Shown: piece by piece, positions 10,607 to 21,061 of the stretch
Layout: every line of letters begins with the position of its first letter
Numbering within the stretch: the stretch's first letter is position 1
Assembly: GCA_963758525.1 (NCBI GenBank)
Contig: CAVWVQ010000003.1
Span: 2,496,001 to 2,560,000 of the forward strand
Length of the DNA: 64,000 bases
Direction: 5' to 3'
Source: an uncultured Phycisphaerales bacterium
Lineage (GTDB): Bacteria; Planctomycetota; Phycisphaerae; Tepidisphaerales; Tepidisphaeraceae
Made by a program: the position numbers and the translations under genes
Notes under the pieces: model-generated
What the model was told of the DNA's origin: nothing
Database searches by the model: none
The model's input: the letters and a program-made list of their open reading frames with translations, nothing else

Positions 10607-10644
10607 CTTTTGTCCTTCCGCGTCCATCGGTTACAAACTCCCCC

Positions 10645-11307
10645 ATGCTCCCTGTGCGGCAGACGCTGCTGATCCTCGTCCCGATCGCGTATCTGCTGGG
10701 ATCGACGCCATTTGGGCTTCTTGTCGGGCTTTGGCGCGGGGTCGACCCGCGGAAGGCCGGCAGTGGGAATATCGGCGCTACCAACGTCGGACGTCTGTTG
10801 GGAAAACGCTATTTCGCCTTGGTTTTTGCCCTCGACTTCCTCAAGGGCTTCATCCCGGCGCTGGCCGCCGGGTGTTTCCTGCATGGCCAGACCCTCGACC
10901 GCACCGCTTACCTCCTCTGGCTGCTGATCGGCTTTGCCGCGATCTGCGGGCACATGTTCAGCGTTTTTCTCCGCTTTAAAGGCGGGAAGGGAGTCGCCAC
11001 CAGCACCGGCGTCATGCTTGGGGTGTTTCCCTACTACACCCTCGCGGGGCTCGTGGCCGTTCCCGCATTTTTTATTGTGCTCAAGACCACGCGGTATGTC
11101 AGCGCCGCTTCCATGGCTGCCGCCATCGGTTTGCCGCTGGGTTATATCGGTATCGGTTTGCTTGAGGGCTGGCCGCTTATCGGGGCGCAACTTCCGTTGC
11201 TCCTTTTCGCGTGCCTGGTGTCGCTGCTCATTCTCATCAAACACCGCGGGAACATCGTCCGCATCCGCGCTGGTACGGAACATCGCACGGGCGAACCACG
11301 CGCGTAG
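10645..11307 (+). CDS. plsY: Glycerol-3-phosphate acyltransferase PlsY
   Basis: AYLLGSTPFG, GSGNIGATNVGR, DFLKG, GHMFSVFLRFKGGKGVAT, KHRGNIVRI. Confidence 0.96.
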   Translation: MLPVRQTLLILVPIAYLLGSTPFGLLVGLWRGVDPRKAGSGNIGATNVGRLLGKRYFALVFALDFLKGFIPALAAGCFLHGQTLDRTAYLLWLLIGFAAICGHMFSVFLRFKGGKGVATSTGVMLGVFPYYTLAGLVAVPAFFIVLKTTRYVSAASMAAAIGLPLGYIGIGLLEGWPLIGAQLPLLLFACLVSLLILIKHRGNIVRIRAGTEHRTGEPRA

Positions 11308-11325
11308 AGATTTGTTAGAAAAAGA

Positions 11326-11389
11326 TCACGCCGAGTCTGAGGGGACTCCGAAGGATCCAGGCCTTCGGAGTCCCTCAGACCCGGCGTGA
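11326..11389. repeat. Long REP-like palindrome downstream of plsY
   Basis: TCACGCCGAGTCTGAGGGGACTCCGAAGG / CCTTCGGAGTCCCTCAGACCCGGCGTGA near-perfect inverted repeat. Confidence 0.75.
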
Positions 11390-11445
11390 AAGAGCGGCGG
11401 TGTTGAAACCCGCCGCAGCCATCGGTTCCTCAATGGAGACTCAAG

Positions 11446-11925
11446 ATGCCTGATCAATCACTGCTGCTGCTTGCCGACGAAGTGCGTTCGAAAACGCTCC
11501 GCCTGCTCAACGGCGTCAGCGACGCACAAGCGCGTTTTCATGCCCCGCAACTCAATAACTCAATCCTCTGGCACGCCGGACACGCCCTGATCGTCGTCGA
11601 GCACCTGGGCGTCGCCCCCGCAGCCGCGGCCGAGCCGATCTATCCGGCCGGCTGGTTCGACATCTTCAGTTGGACGAGCAAGCCATCAACGGTCACGCAT
11701 TGGCCTGCGTTGGCAGAAGTTGTCGCAAAGCTCGCGGAACAGCTCGATCGCCTCAAGATCGCGATCGCGCCGCTTTCCGAAGATCGTCTCGACCAAATCA
11801 TCGACCCAGCACGCAACCGCACGCTCCGCTACAGCATCCTGCATGGCTTGCATGACGAAGCCATGCACCAGGGAGAGATTTATCTGTTGAAGAAAATGAT
11901 GGCTCGATCGCCGGGACTGGCGTAG
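11446..11925 (+). CDS. DinB/YfiT-like (DinB_2) protein
   Basis: NSILWHAGH and HEAMHQGEI-like (LHDEAMHQGEI) metal-binding His pattern; GGAG RBS. Confidence 0.8.
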   Translation: MPDQSLLLLADEVRSKTLRLLNGVSDAQARFHAPQLNNSILWHAGHALIVVEHLGVAPAAAAEPIYPAGWFDIFSWTSKPSTVTHWPALAEVVAKLAEQLDRLKIAIAPLSEDRLDQIIDPARNRTLRYSILHGLHDEAMHQGEIYLLKKMMARSPGLA

Positions 11926-12038
11926 CGTTCGGCGGCCTGAGGCCTGGCTTTCGCATGCAGAGAACAAGCTTTCGCTCGACGCGCTACTCGCCGAGGGCTC
12001 CGCTGGGCAGTTCATCAGGCCGAGGCAGGCATTCCAGC

Positions 12039-13331
12039 TCAATCAACGGTGCTCAACGCACGCGTGGCTTTCGGCGTCGCAGTGCTCCCTGAAATATCCA
12101 GCATCCGCTGCAGCGCCACTTGCGACCACTTCCGCGTCCGCGGATCGACCCGGATCTCGTTCACCACATTTCCCTCAATCAGGTTTTCCATCACCCAGCA
12201 AAGATGCGGCAGATCGATGCGGAACATCGTCGTGCAAAGGCACTGACAATCGCTGAGAACCACGATCTTCTGCTCCGGATGCGCCTGCGCGAGCCGGTGA
12301 ATCAGGTGCACTTCCGTGCCGACGGCCCATTCGCTGCCGGGCGGGGCCGCTTCGATCGTCTTCACGATGAATGCAGTGCTCCCAGTCATGTCGGCCTTCT
12401 GAACCACCTCCCACCGGCACTCCGGATGGACGATCACCTTAATTCGCGGGTACTTCGCCCGCGCCTGATCGACGTGTTCGGGCCGAAAGAGCTGATGCAC
12501 CGAGCAGTGTCCCTTCCAGAGGACAAAATCCGCGTTCAGCAGCGCCTCGGCACTGTTGCCGCCCAGATCCTGTCCGGGGTCCCACACCACCATCCGATCC
12601 AGCGGATACCCCATTGCGAAGGCCGTGTTCCGCCCCAGATGCTGATCCGGAAAAAACAAGATTTTGACGCGAGAGTGGTGATTGGTGATTGGAACGTGAC
12701 CGGATCGCGCGTCGTCCTCCCCCTTCGTGCCGTCTGCCCCTTCCCCTCCCTCTTCCTCCCCACCCTTTGTCCCTTCGTCCCTTTGTCCCTCCGTCCCTTT
12801 CCCTCCCTCTTCTCGCTTCTCCTGCCCCAACCCCCATTCGAGTATCTGCTTGCAATTGCTGCTCGTGCAGACCGCCCCCCCATGCTCCCCGACAAAGGCC
12901 TTGATGGCCGCGGAGCTGTTCATATAGGTGATTGGAACGATCAATTGCCCCGGGCAGGTCTCCTGCAACTGTGCCCAGCAATCGAGCGTCTGGTCGAGAT
13001 TCGCCATGTCCGCCATGGAGCAGCCGGCCCCCAGGTCGGGCAGGATGACGCGGACCGACTCGTCGGTCAGGATATCTGCGGACTCGGCCATGAAATGCAC
13101 GCCGCAGAAGATGACAAACTCGCATCCTTTCTGCTCTGCTGCCCGGCGCGAGAGTTCGAAGCTGTCGCCGGTGAAATCCGCGAATTCGATCACGGCATCC
13201 TGTTGATAGTGATGCCCGAGGATTACCAGCCGGCGTCCCAGCGTTTCCCGAGCAGTGGCAATACGCAAACGCAGCTCCGCATCGGATAGTTGCGTGTAGA
13301 TCGCCGGAAGTGGTTGTTGCCAGACTTTCAT
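12039..13331 (-). CDS. nadA: Quinolinate synthase with an approximately 50-aa repeat-derived insertion
   Basis: ILGHHYQ, FCGVHFMAE, GCSMADM, TYMNSSA, FFPDQHLGRN, GHCSVH, VHPEC, CLCTTM. Confidence 0.96.
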   Translation of the reverse strand: MKVWQQPLPAIYTQLSDAELRLRIATARETLGRRLVILGHHYQQDAVIEFADFTGDSFELSRRAAEQKGCEFVIFCGVHFMAESADILTDESVRVILPDLGAGCSMADMANLDQTLDCWAQLQETCPGQLIVPITYMNSSAAIKAFVGEHGGAVCTSSNCKQILEWGLGQEKREEGGKGTEGQRDEGTKGGEEEGGEGADGTKGEDDARSGHVPITNHHSRVKILFFPDQHLGRNTAFAMGYPLDRMVVWDPGQDLGGNSAEALLNADFVLWKGHCSVHQLFRPEHVDQARAKYPRIKVIVHPECRWEVVQKADMTGSTAFIVKTIEAAPPGSEWAVGTEVHLIHRLAQAHPEQKIVVLSDCQCLCTTMFRIDLPHLCWVMENLIEGNVVNEIRVDPRTRKWSQVALQRMLDISGSTATPKATRALSTVD

Positions 13332-13636
13332 GTGCCTTTCCGGGACGCGAACAGCGTTTTCCCCCGTGCCAACCCCGGCTCCTTCTCATCTTAGCAGCAG
13401 CATGTATGCAGTTTCCCTCAAGGAAACGGCCTTTGCAGTAAATATTGGCCGGTGTTGCAGGACGTTGCGCAAGCCATCGTAATATCGGACCATGCTGCTT
13501 TTTTGAAGATTCTCCGCCGAATATCCGAAATCCTGCTCAGAAAGCGCGCGGCTGTGATATTCGGATTAACCGGAATATCCGTCTTAGTTTAGCGTCCAGC
13601 CGATGCGCAGTAGGATTTGAGGTCAACGGTGCGCCT

Positions 13637-13651
13637 TGGCACTCCATTTGA
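13637..13651 (+). promoter_or_regulatory. Possible sigma54 -24/-12 promoter of the porin gene
   Basis: TGGCAC-TCCAT-TTGA: correct GG-N10-G spacing, but A instead of C at -12. GATATTC/GAATATC inverted repeats lie upstream at 13517-13579. Confidence 0.35.
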
Positions 13652-13703
13652 GAGGGCTAGGCGGGTTCCCCTCTTACACTCCCATTTAGGGAAGGAGCAG
13701 TCC

Positions 13704-14960
13704 ATGTTCAGTTGGAAAGGTACGCTCGGTCTGGCGGCTTGTGCCGCCCTGGCGTCTGCCACATTGGCGCACGGCAATGAAGCCGGCACCTCGGCGGTTG
13801 CGCCGAGTCAGCTTTCTCTCAACGGCGGTCCTGCATATCTCGACGATGCAACGCCCCCGCCCCCGCCCAAGCCTTTGATGGGGCTGCTCGACGCCACCCC
13901 CATTGGTGGTGCCCTTGGCGCGGCAAACATCAACATCTACGGCTTCGTGGAAGGTGGGTACACCTACTCGTTCAATCCCCCGCCGGGCAAGTACATCACC
14001 GGGAACATCTTCAACATCAAGCAGAACAAGATCGTGCTTGATCAGGCGGATATCGCGGTCGAGCGAACCGTCGACTCCACCGCCGGCAAGTTTGACGTCG
14101 GAGCCAAGGTCGAGTTCATCTACGGCTGGGACGCTGGAGCGATTCACTCCAATGGCCTCTTCAGCTATCTGAGCCGCACGCAGCCGGAAAATCAGTTCGA
14201 TCTGGTCCAGGCGTATGCTGATGTCGTCACGCCGATTAAGAACCTTGACATCCGCTTCGGCAAGTTCGTCACCCTGCTCGGGCAGGAAACGATCAACCCG
14301 ACCGGCAACGCCCTCTACTCGCACACCTACCTCTTCGGTGACGCGATCCCCTTCACCCAGACCGGCGTTCTGCTGACGTACATCCTGAATGACTCGATGA
14401 CCATCGAAGGCGGCATCACGCGCGGCTGGGGCCAGTCGCTCCGTGACAATAACGGCGCCATCGACTTCCTCGGCGAGTTCAGCTGGCAGATCAGCAAGGC
14501 CACCAAGGTCATTCTCAACGCATCGTTCGGTCCGCAGGCCACCAAGGACAACAGCGACTACTGGACTGTGCTCGACCTCATCGTCAGCCAGACCGTCTCC
14601 GATCAGTTCACCGTCACGTTTAACGGCGACTACGGCGACGCTCCCCACGCCCTTGGAGCCACCTCGGCTCAGTGGTACGGCGGGGCCTTGTACGGCACCC
14701 TCACCCTCGACCCGCACGTCTCGGTCACCATTCGTGGCGAAGCCTACGACGACCAGAACGGCTTCACCACCGGCGTAGCCCAGCGCGTCTACGAGGCGAC
14801 CCTCGGCGTGGCCGTTACTCCCTTCCCGGAAAACGCCATTGCCAAGAACTTCTCGATCCGCCCCGAAGTCCGCTATGACTACTCGGATCACGATTTCTTC
14901 AACGGCGGAACGCGGCACGATCAGCTGCAGTGCGCCGTGGACGCGATCTTCACGTTCTAA
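13704..14960 (+). CDS. Outer-membrane beta-barrel porin (OmpL-like/BBP2 type)
   Basis: Signal peptide MFSWKGTLGLAACAALASATLA; IYGFVEGGY, QAYAD, FGKFVTLLGQE, IPFTQTG, RPEVRYD; C-terminal Phe (AIFTF); AAGGAG RBS. Confidence 0.85.
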   Translation: MFSWKGTLGLAACAALASATLAHGNEAGTSAVAPSQLSLNGGPAYLDDATPPPPPKPLMGLLDATPIGGALGAANINIYGFVEGGYTYSFNPPPGKYITGNIFNIKQNKIVLDQADIAVERTVDSTAGKFDVGAKVEFIYGWDAGAIHSNGLFSYLSRTQPENQFDLVQAYADVVTPIKNLDIRFGKFVTLLGQETINPTGNALYSHTYLFGDAIPFTQTGVLLTYILNDSMTIEGGITRGWGQSLRDNNGAIDFLGEFSWQISKATKVILNASFGPQATKDNSDYWTVLDLIVSQTVSDQFTVTFNGDYGDAPHALGATSAQWYGGALYGTLTLDPHVSVTIRGEAYDDQNGFTTGVAQRVYEATLGVAVTPFPENAIAKNFSIRPEVRYDYSDHDFFNGGTRHDQLQCAVDAIFTF

Positions 14961-14990
14961 TCGAACCTGATCGCATCCAGTCCATTCTTC

Positions 14991-15025
14991 GCAGGCGTCG
15001 CAGCGAAAGCTGCGACGCCTGCTTT
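14991..15025 (+). terminator. Intrinsic terminator after the porin gene
   Basis: GCAGGCGTCGCAGC-GAAA-GCTGCGACGCCTGC perfect 14-bp stem, then TTT. Confidence 0.75.
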
Positions 15026-15251
15026 GGTTCCCCTAGGCCGACCTCTTGGGCGACGACGCAAGGCCCATGACACGCTCCTTCAGCGATAGAACCACAGATC
15101 CGGCCTTGAAATCTCACCTGAAGCTCATGGCCAAGGGCCGGGAAAGCATTTCTCATCGCCTGAAGACCGCGCAGCCGTCGACTCGCTTCGCGTAAGTTGC
15201 GTATCGGAAGCACGCCCGCACCAGACGCGTCCACCAGTGATCTCCGCACCC

Positions 15252-16139
15252 TCACGTTCGGCTCTGCCTTCTCACTCCCGTCTGCTTCTTGCTGACGCGC
15301 CCTTCAAGTCCGCGGATGTAGTTCGCGATCAGATGGTCGGTGATCCCCTCATGGAAGCTTTTGCCGCGCGTCGCAATCGCCCGCGCGACGGCATGAATGT
15401 GCCACGGCTCGATGTCGGCGTCCGGCGTGATCGCACCGTCACTGTCGATGTAGATCAATGTTTTCACATGCCCGTAGCACGGGACGCGCGCGGCCATCCG
15501 TTTCAGCTGCCCGAGAATCTTCTCATTGGTAAGCCGCGGCTTTTCCGGCAGGAGCCGCTTCAATGATGCCAGCGGCAGCTCAGGCACCAGGTCCAGGCGG
15601 TTTACGACACGATACGTCGGCAGCGAATAGCCGCCGCAAAACGTGCGATCGCCCACGCGCGGCGCACCAAACGTGTACGTCGCCGCCGGCGAACGGCCCA
15701 TCTTCTCCAGCCGGCATGCGGTCAGAACGGCCAACGCGCCGCCCATCGAATGGCCGGTCAGAAACAGCGGCTTGTCCTGCGCCTGCTCCAGAAGTGTTTC
15801 GACCTTGTTCCACGTTCGGCCAAGCGCCGAGCTGAACCCCAGGTGAACACGCCCCGCGTATTCATCACGCTCAACGAGCCGGACGACCACATCCGTCACC
15901 CAGGTCGGCAGCGTGAACGGGTCGGAGCCCCGAAACGCCAGGACGGCTTGCGTATCACAGACCCCCAGAAAGCCGCGCGTGCGTGTCACCTTATTGCGGA
16001 ACGCGATTGTGCTCAGCCCCAGCCGCTCCCGCGCGGCGCTGGCCGGGGAGCGGTGGTACGCGATGTCCGACGCGTGGGCCAGGTACAGCGCGTTGATGCG
16101 GTTGAATGAGGCGTCGTCCGGATGGAATGGGAGCGCCAC
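15252..16139 (-). CDS. Class 3 lipase (alpha/beta hydrolase)
   Basis: LAFRGS, VHLGF, LTGHSMGGALA, YTFGAPRVGD, RVVNRLDLVPELP, DHLIANY; GTG start after GAGG, with a TATAGT -10 upstream. Confidence 0.9.
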   Translation of the reverse strand: MALPFHPDDASFNRINALYLAHASDIAYHRSPASAARERLGLSTIAFRNKVTRTRGFLGVCDTQAVLAFRGSDPFTLPTWVTDVVVRLVERDEYAGRVHLGFSSALGRTWNKVETLLEQAQDKPLFLTGHSMGGALAVLTACRLEKMGRSPAATYTFGAPRVGDRTFCGGYSLPTYRVVNRLDLVPELPLASLKRLLPEKPRLTNEKILGQLKRMAARVPCYGHVKTLIYIDSDGAITPDADIEPWHIHAVARAIATRGKSFHEGITDHLIANYIRGLEGRVSKKQTGVRRQSRT

Positions 16140-16281
16140 GTCAGTCTTTTCCTCACGGCAGCCCGACACTATAGTTTCAGTTCACGGCGATCCTTGATCG
16201 CAGGCGATATGCCCGGCAGAATGATCAGCGAACTGCCCGCAAATTCAACAGCAATGCACCACTAGCCCAAAGGGGGTTCCA

Positions 16282-19200
16282 TTGGCTGCCAAATCCGAAT
16301 CCATCAGCACCACCACGGTGAGAAACACTGAGCACGATTATCGTGTGCTTTGGCAGGTGCTGGCTGAGGAATACCGGCAAATTCACCTGCAAAAGCCGGC
16401 TGTGAACGAAACGGACCGTCGGGCGTTCGATGAGAGGCTAAAAACGTTAACTGAGGAACGGCGGCAGCAATCGGAAAAGGATCAGGCGAAATGGGACGAG
16501 CAGCAGCTTCGTGATTTTATTCGCCGCTATTACTGTGGGGCCGATGCGCCCGAGCAGGCGGCGCTGTGCCTTTCCGGCGGCGGCATTCGCTCGGCGACGT
16601 TCTGCCTCGGTGTGCTTCAACGCCTGGCGGAGACCCCTTCCCCCGCAGGCAGTACGACAGTAGATGCGCCCACGCCGCCGCAGCCGGCAGGGCCGCACAA
16701 GTCCCTCCTCGAGCACTTCCATTATCTCTCGACGGTTTCGGGCGGGGGCTACATCGGGAGCTGGCTATCGGCGTGGCAGACCCGCGACCCCAACGCCATC
16801 AAAAAGCTCGGGGAGGCGCCGGGGCCAACGAGTCGTTCGAGCCCGAGCCCGTCAAACATTTGCGCAAATACAGCATGTACCTGAGCCCCCGCCTCGGTTT
16901 GTTGTCGGCGGACACGTGGGCGCTGGTTGCGATTTATCTTCGCAACCTGATGCTCAACTGGCTGGTGCTGCTGCCGCTCCTGATGGTCGTCATGCTCCTG
17001 CCCCGGTTCCTCCTCCTTGTTGCAATGTCCGCGAGCCATGCGTGGGACCAGGCAGTGCGATGGTGTCTGGTGGTTGGCGTCCTGTTTCAAATCGTGGCCT
17101 TCGTATGCGGTCATTTGATGACACCGGAATGGCCGCGATTCACCGGCCTGAAGACGCAGAAATGTTACATGGCGCTGGTCTGGCTGCCGCAATTGGTCGC
17201 GGCGATGGCGTTCGCGGCGTTTTGGGCGGGACTCCATCAGCGCACCATCAAATCCCCAGAGTCATTTCAGTATATTCGGGATTGCTTTCCAGGCTGCGCG
17301 AGTTGGCTCAGTTGGGCGCTGGCGCCGTGGGTTAGTCCTTCCACGTCGCTTGCGACGATTGATCCTCATACTCGATTGTTTCTCTTTATTCAGTTCGCCG
17401 AAGAGCTATATATCGGCAGCCTGGCCCTCGCCCACGTTATTCACCTTGTCTGCCAGGGACGCTACCCGTTCGGGTGGCGAGCCCTTCTGGGCATGGGCGC
17501 CACGCTCGCGGTAAGCGCCGCCTTCGGCGGTTGGCTCCTCTGGCTGATAGCGGGCAGGGTGTGTCTCGACCCTGTTGCCCATCCGGGCAGCCCGCCAATT
17601 CCCGGAAGCCCTGTGGCTTACACAATCCTGGCCGTGCCGGCTTATTTGATGAGCCTCCTGCTGGCGGTTGTTTTGGCGCGGGGACTGTCCAGCGGAATCT
17701 CCACGGACAGCGACCGTGAATGGAGCGCCCGCGCCAGCGGATTGTTGATGGCGGCGGGGACGGGCTGGGTGGTCATGACCTTGCTGGTGCTTCTTGGGCC
17801 AACGCTGGTTCTGGCGTCAGGCCCTGCCATTAAATCCGCCGTCGCTGTCGCGGGTGGCCTGTCGGGAATCGTTACGCTGGTGCTGTCGTACAGCGCAAAG
17901 ACTCCCGCCTCGGCCGAGGGCGCGCTGCGCCTGGGCACGGAGGGACTGATCCGACAGGTCGCGCTGGCTGTCGTTGCGCCGGTCTTCAGCGTGCTTCTGC
18001 TGGTGTTGCTGGCGCTCGTCACCGATGTCCTGCTTGTCGGCACATATCGCGGCACCCAGGGGCCGCTCCATGTTCCGCCGCGAGTCCGGCTGAACCAGTT
18101 GTCGCAGCATGCCGCCGGCCCGCCCGCCGATGACTCGATCGGCCACCGCGTCTTCGGGACGCCGCTCGATCAGCGCTTCGATTGGCACTCACATGTTCTG
18201 GTCGACATCGGCCACGGTGTGCTGCTGTTGTGGACGGGCATCCTGATCGCGGTCATGGTGGTGATGGGATTGTGCGTCAACATCAATAAGTTTTCATTGC
18301 ACACCGTTTATCGCAATCGGCTGATTCGCGCCTACCTGGGCGCCAGCAGAAGCAATCGCGGCGACCCGTCGGGCGACCCAAAGTACGTCCCGTTCACCGA
18401 CTTCTCTGACGACGATAATTTTTGCCTGCTTCGTCTCAATTCTCGTCCATTCCACGTGCTCAACGCCACACTCAACCTCGTGGCCGGCCACAATCTCGCC
18501 TGGCAGCAGCGGAAGGCGGCGAGTTTTACCTTCACGCGCTTGCACTGCGGCAGCAGCCTGGTCGGATACAGGAAGTCGGAGCACTACGCGAAAACCAAGT
18601 CAGAGAACGCGATGACCCTGGGCGGGGCGATGGCGGTTTCGGGAGCGGCGGCAAACCCTAACATGGGGTACCACTCGTCAACTGTCCTGACCTTCCTGAT
18701 GACGCTCTTCAACGTCCGCCTGGGAGTGTGGCTCGGGAACCCCGGACCCGCGGGAGACCACGCGTTGTGGGCGACCTACGACAGAGGATCCCCGCGAATG
18801 GCCAACCGCCCGCTCTACTCCGAAGCCTTTGGCCTCACGGACGAAACGCATCCGTACGTAAATATCTCTGACGGCGGCCACTTCGAGGACCTGGCGATCT
18901 ACGAGATGGTCCGTCGGCGTTGCCGGTTCATCCTGGCGGTCGATGCCGGCGCCGATCCTGACACGGGGTTTGAAGATCTCGGCAATGCCGTGCGCAAGAT
19001 CCTCATCGATATGGGAATTCCCATCGAATTCGAGGGGAAGCTCCAGATCCTGGGGCGCGATCCGCAACTGAAAAGGGTCGGCCGCTACGCGGCGGTTGGA
19101 ACGATCCGGTATTCAGCCGTCGATGGATCCGACAGCGACCTCGATGGGAAGCTGGTGTACATCAAGCCCGCGTTCTACGGGACGGAGCCGATGGATGTTT

Positions 19201-19403
19201 ATAACTACGCCATGGGCTCTCCGACGTTTCCTCACGAAACAACTGCCGACCAGTTCTTCACCGAGAGCCAGTTCGAGAGCTACCGAAAGCTCGGCTACTA
19301 CATTATGAATTCCTTGCTGGCGCCGTGCCAGAACGCATGTGAGTTGGACCAGATTTGGATTGGCGCATGTGAGCATCTGGGCCTGTCAGGGCAAAACGTT
19401 TGA
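16282..19403 (+). CDS. Patatin/cPLA2-like phospholipase with a large multi-TM insert (1-bp frameshift at G-run 16821-16824)
   Basis: ALCLSGGGIRSATFCLGVLQ and YLSTVSGGGYIGS in ORF 16282..16884; many hydrophobic helices, AVSGAAANP and ISDGGHFEDLAIYE in ORF 16566..19403. One extra G joins the two frames. Confidence 0.82.
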
Positions 19404-19459
19404 AACCCATGCCCGCCTCTCTTTCGGATTCGGCTCCGGCCCGCTACCATCCCACACCT

Positions 19460-21061
19460 ATGCCCAAGATCACGGTTGATGGGAAAACCATCGAAGCCAA
19501 AGACCGGCAGATGATTCTTCAGGCGTGCGGCGACGCGAACATTCCGATCCCGCAATACTGTTATCATCCCGGGCTGTCGATCCCTGCTTCGTGCCGCATC
19601 TGCCTCGTTGAGGTCGAGGGAATTCCCAAGCTCGTCCCGGCGTGCCAAACGCCGATCCGCGACGGCATGGTCGTTCACTCCAGGACCTCCAAGGCGATCG
19701 CCAATCAGAAGCAGGTGATGGAATACCTGCTGATCAACCATCCGCTGGATTGCCCGGTGTGCGATCAGGCGGGGGAGTGCTTCCTGCAGGACTATTCCTA
19801 CGAGTACGGCCGCAGCCAGTCGCGCTTCGAGGAAGACAAGGTCAAGCATCCGAAAAAGGACGTGGGCGAGAAGATTTATCTTTATGCCGATCGCTGCATC
19901 ATGTGTACGCGCTGCGTGCGGTTTACGCGCGAAGTGGCCGGCACCAGCGAGCTGTATGTCGACGGGCGTGGCAACAAGGAGGAGATTGATATCTTCCCCG
20001 GCAAGCCATGCAACAACAAACTCGCCGGAAATGTCGTCGATCTGTGCCCGGTGGGGGCGCTGCTGGACAAGGATTTTCTCTTCAAGCAGCGCGTCTGGCT
20101 CCTCAAGGGCGCGCCGTCGATCAGTCCTGTTGACAGTGGCGGGGAAAACATTTCGCTGGAGTACAACGAAGGCGTCGTCTACCGCATCAAGCCCCGCTAC
20201 AACGCCGAGATCAATCAATGGTGGATCAGCGACGACACGCGTTACTCGTACAAGATCATGCAGGACGAGAAACGGCTGCGGCGATTTCGCCGCAAGCAAT
20301 ACGGGGCGCAGATTGACACGATATTCGATGTCGCGCTTGAGCAGGCGACCAGCGAGCTGAAATCGCTGGTGTCGAACAACGGACCCGGATCGCTGTTCGC
20401 GCTCCTCTCCCCGATGATGGCCTGTGAAGAGGCATTTTTGCTGGGGACCGCGATCCGCAAGCTCGATCCGCAGGCGGTGCTGATCATGGGGCCGGTGCCA
20501 TCGGCGGCGCAAGACGATGTGTTCAAGAATTCCATGAACGGCAAGCAGACGTTTGTTATCAAGGCGGAAAAAGTTCCCAACGCCGCGGGAATTCGCCGCG
20601 TGCTGCAGCTACTCGGCGGGGCGACTGCAACGTACGACGAATTGAATCCATCAGTTCGAGCTGACTTGGAGAAGCTCAAGGGCGGCTGGATCGTCGGCGG
20701 ATATCACTCTTCGTGGATTTCCGATCAGACGCCGGAACTGCTGCGAAAAGGCTTCCGAGTCGTGCAGGATCTTTTGCCCAGCTCACTGACCGAGTCGGCA
20801 GACGTGCTCTTCCCTGCGGCGGCGTGGGCGGAAAAAGACGGGTGCTGGGAAAACTATCAGGGAAAAATTCAGCCGTTCGTCAGCGCCATCGCGCCGCCGG
20901 AGGGGATTCGCCGCGAGGGGGACATCTATTACAAATTGATGGGTCGGAAAGGGATGTACAACGCGCAAGCGATCCGCGGCGAAATGGGCGAGGCATTCGC
21001 GTCGATCGAGATTCCTGCCGAGTCGGTCACGGCGCCCGCGCCGCAATTTGTGGAGCTGTGA
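19460..21061 (+). CDS. nuoG: NADH-quinone oxidoreductase subunit G (short form)
   Basis: YCYHPGLSIPASCRICLVEV, NHPLDCPVCDQAGECFLQD, RCIMCTRCVRF, DLCPVGAL. Confidence 0.92.
   Translation: MPKITVDGKTIEAKDRQMILQACGDANIPIPQYCYHPGLSIPASCRICLVEVEGIPKLVPACQTPIRDGMVVHSRTSKAIANQKQVMEYLLINHPLDCPVCDQAGECFLQDYSYEYGRSQSRFEEDKVKHPKKDVGEKIYLYADRCIMCTRCVRFTREVAGTSELYVDGRGNKEEIDIFPGKPCNNKLAGNVVDLCPVGALLDKDFLFKQRVWLLKGAPSISPVDSGGENISLEYNEGVVYRIKPRYNAEINQWWISDDTRYSYKIMQDEKRLRRFRRKQYGAQIDTIFDVALEQATSELKSLVSNNGPGSLFALLSPMMACEEAFLLGTAIRKLDPQAVLIMGPVPSAAQDDVFKNSMNGKQTFVIKAEKVPNAAGIRRVLQLLGGATATYDELNPSVRADLEKLKGGWIVGGYHSSWISDQTPELLRKGFRVVQDLLPSSLTESADVLFPAAAWAEKDGCWENYQGKIQPFVSAIAPPEGIRREGDIYYKLMGRKGMYNAQAIRGEMGEAFASIEIPAESVTAPAPQFVEL

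Noticed and set aside
13332..13500. NAD+-I (nadA motif) riboswitch upstream of nadA
   Set aside because: I could not find the tandem conserved internal-loop sequences of that motif in the minus-strand leader; an Infernal scan would settle it.
15026..15251. Small gene or remnant between the porin terminator and the lipase
   Set aside because: No frame gave a recognisable protein or a convincing start signal.
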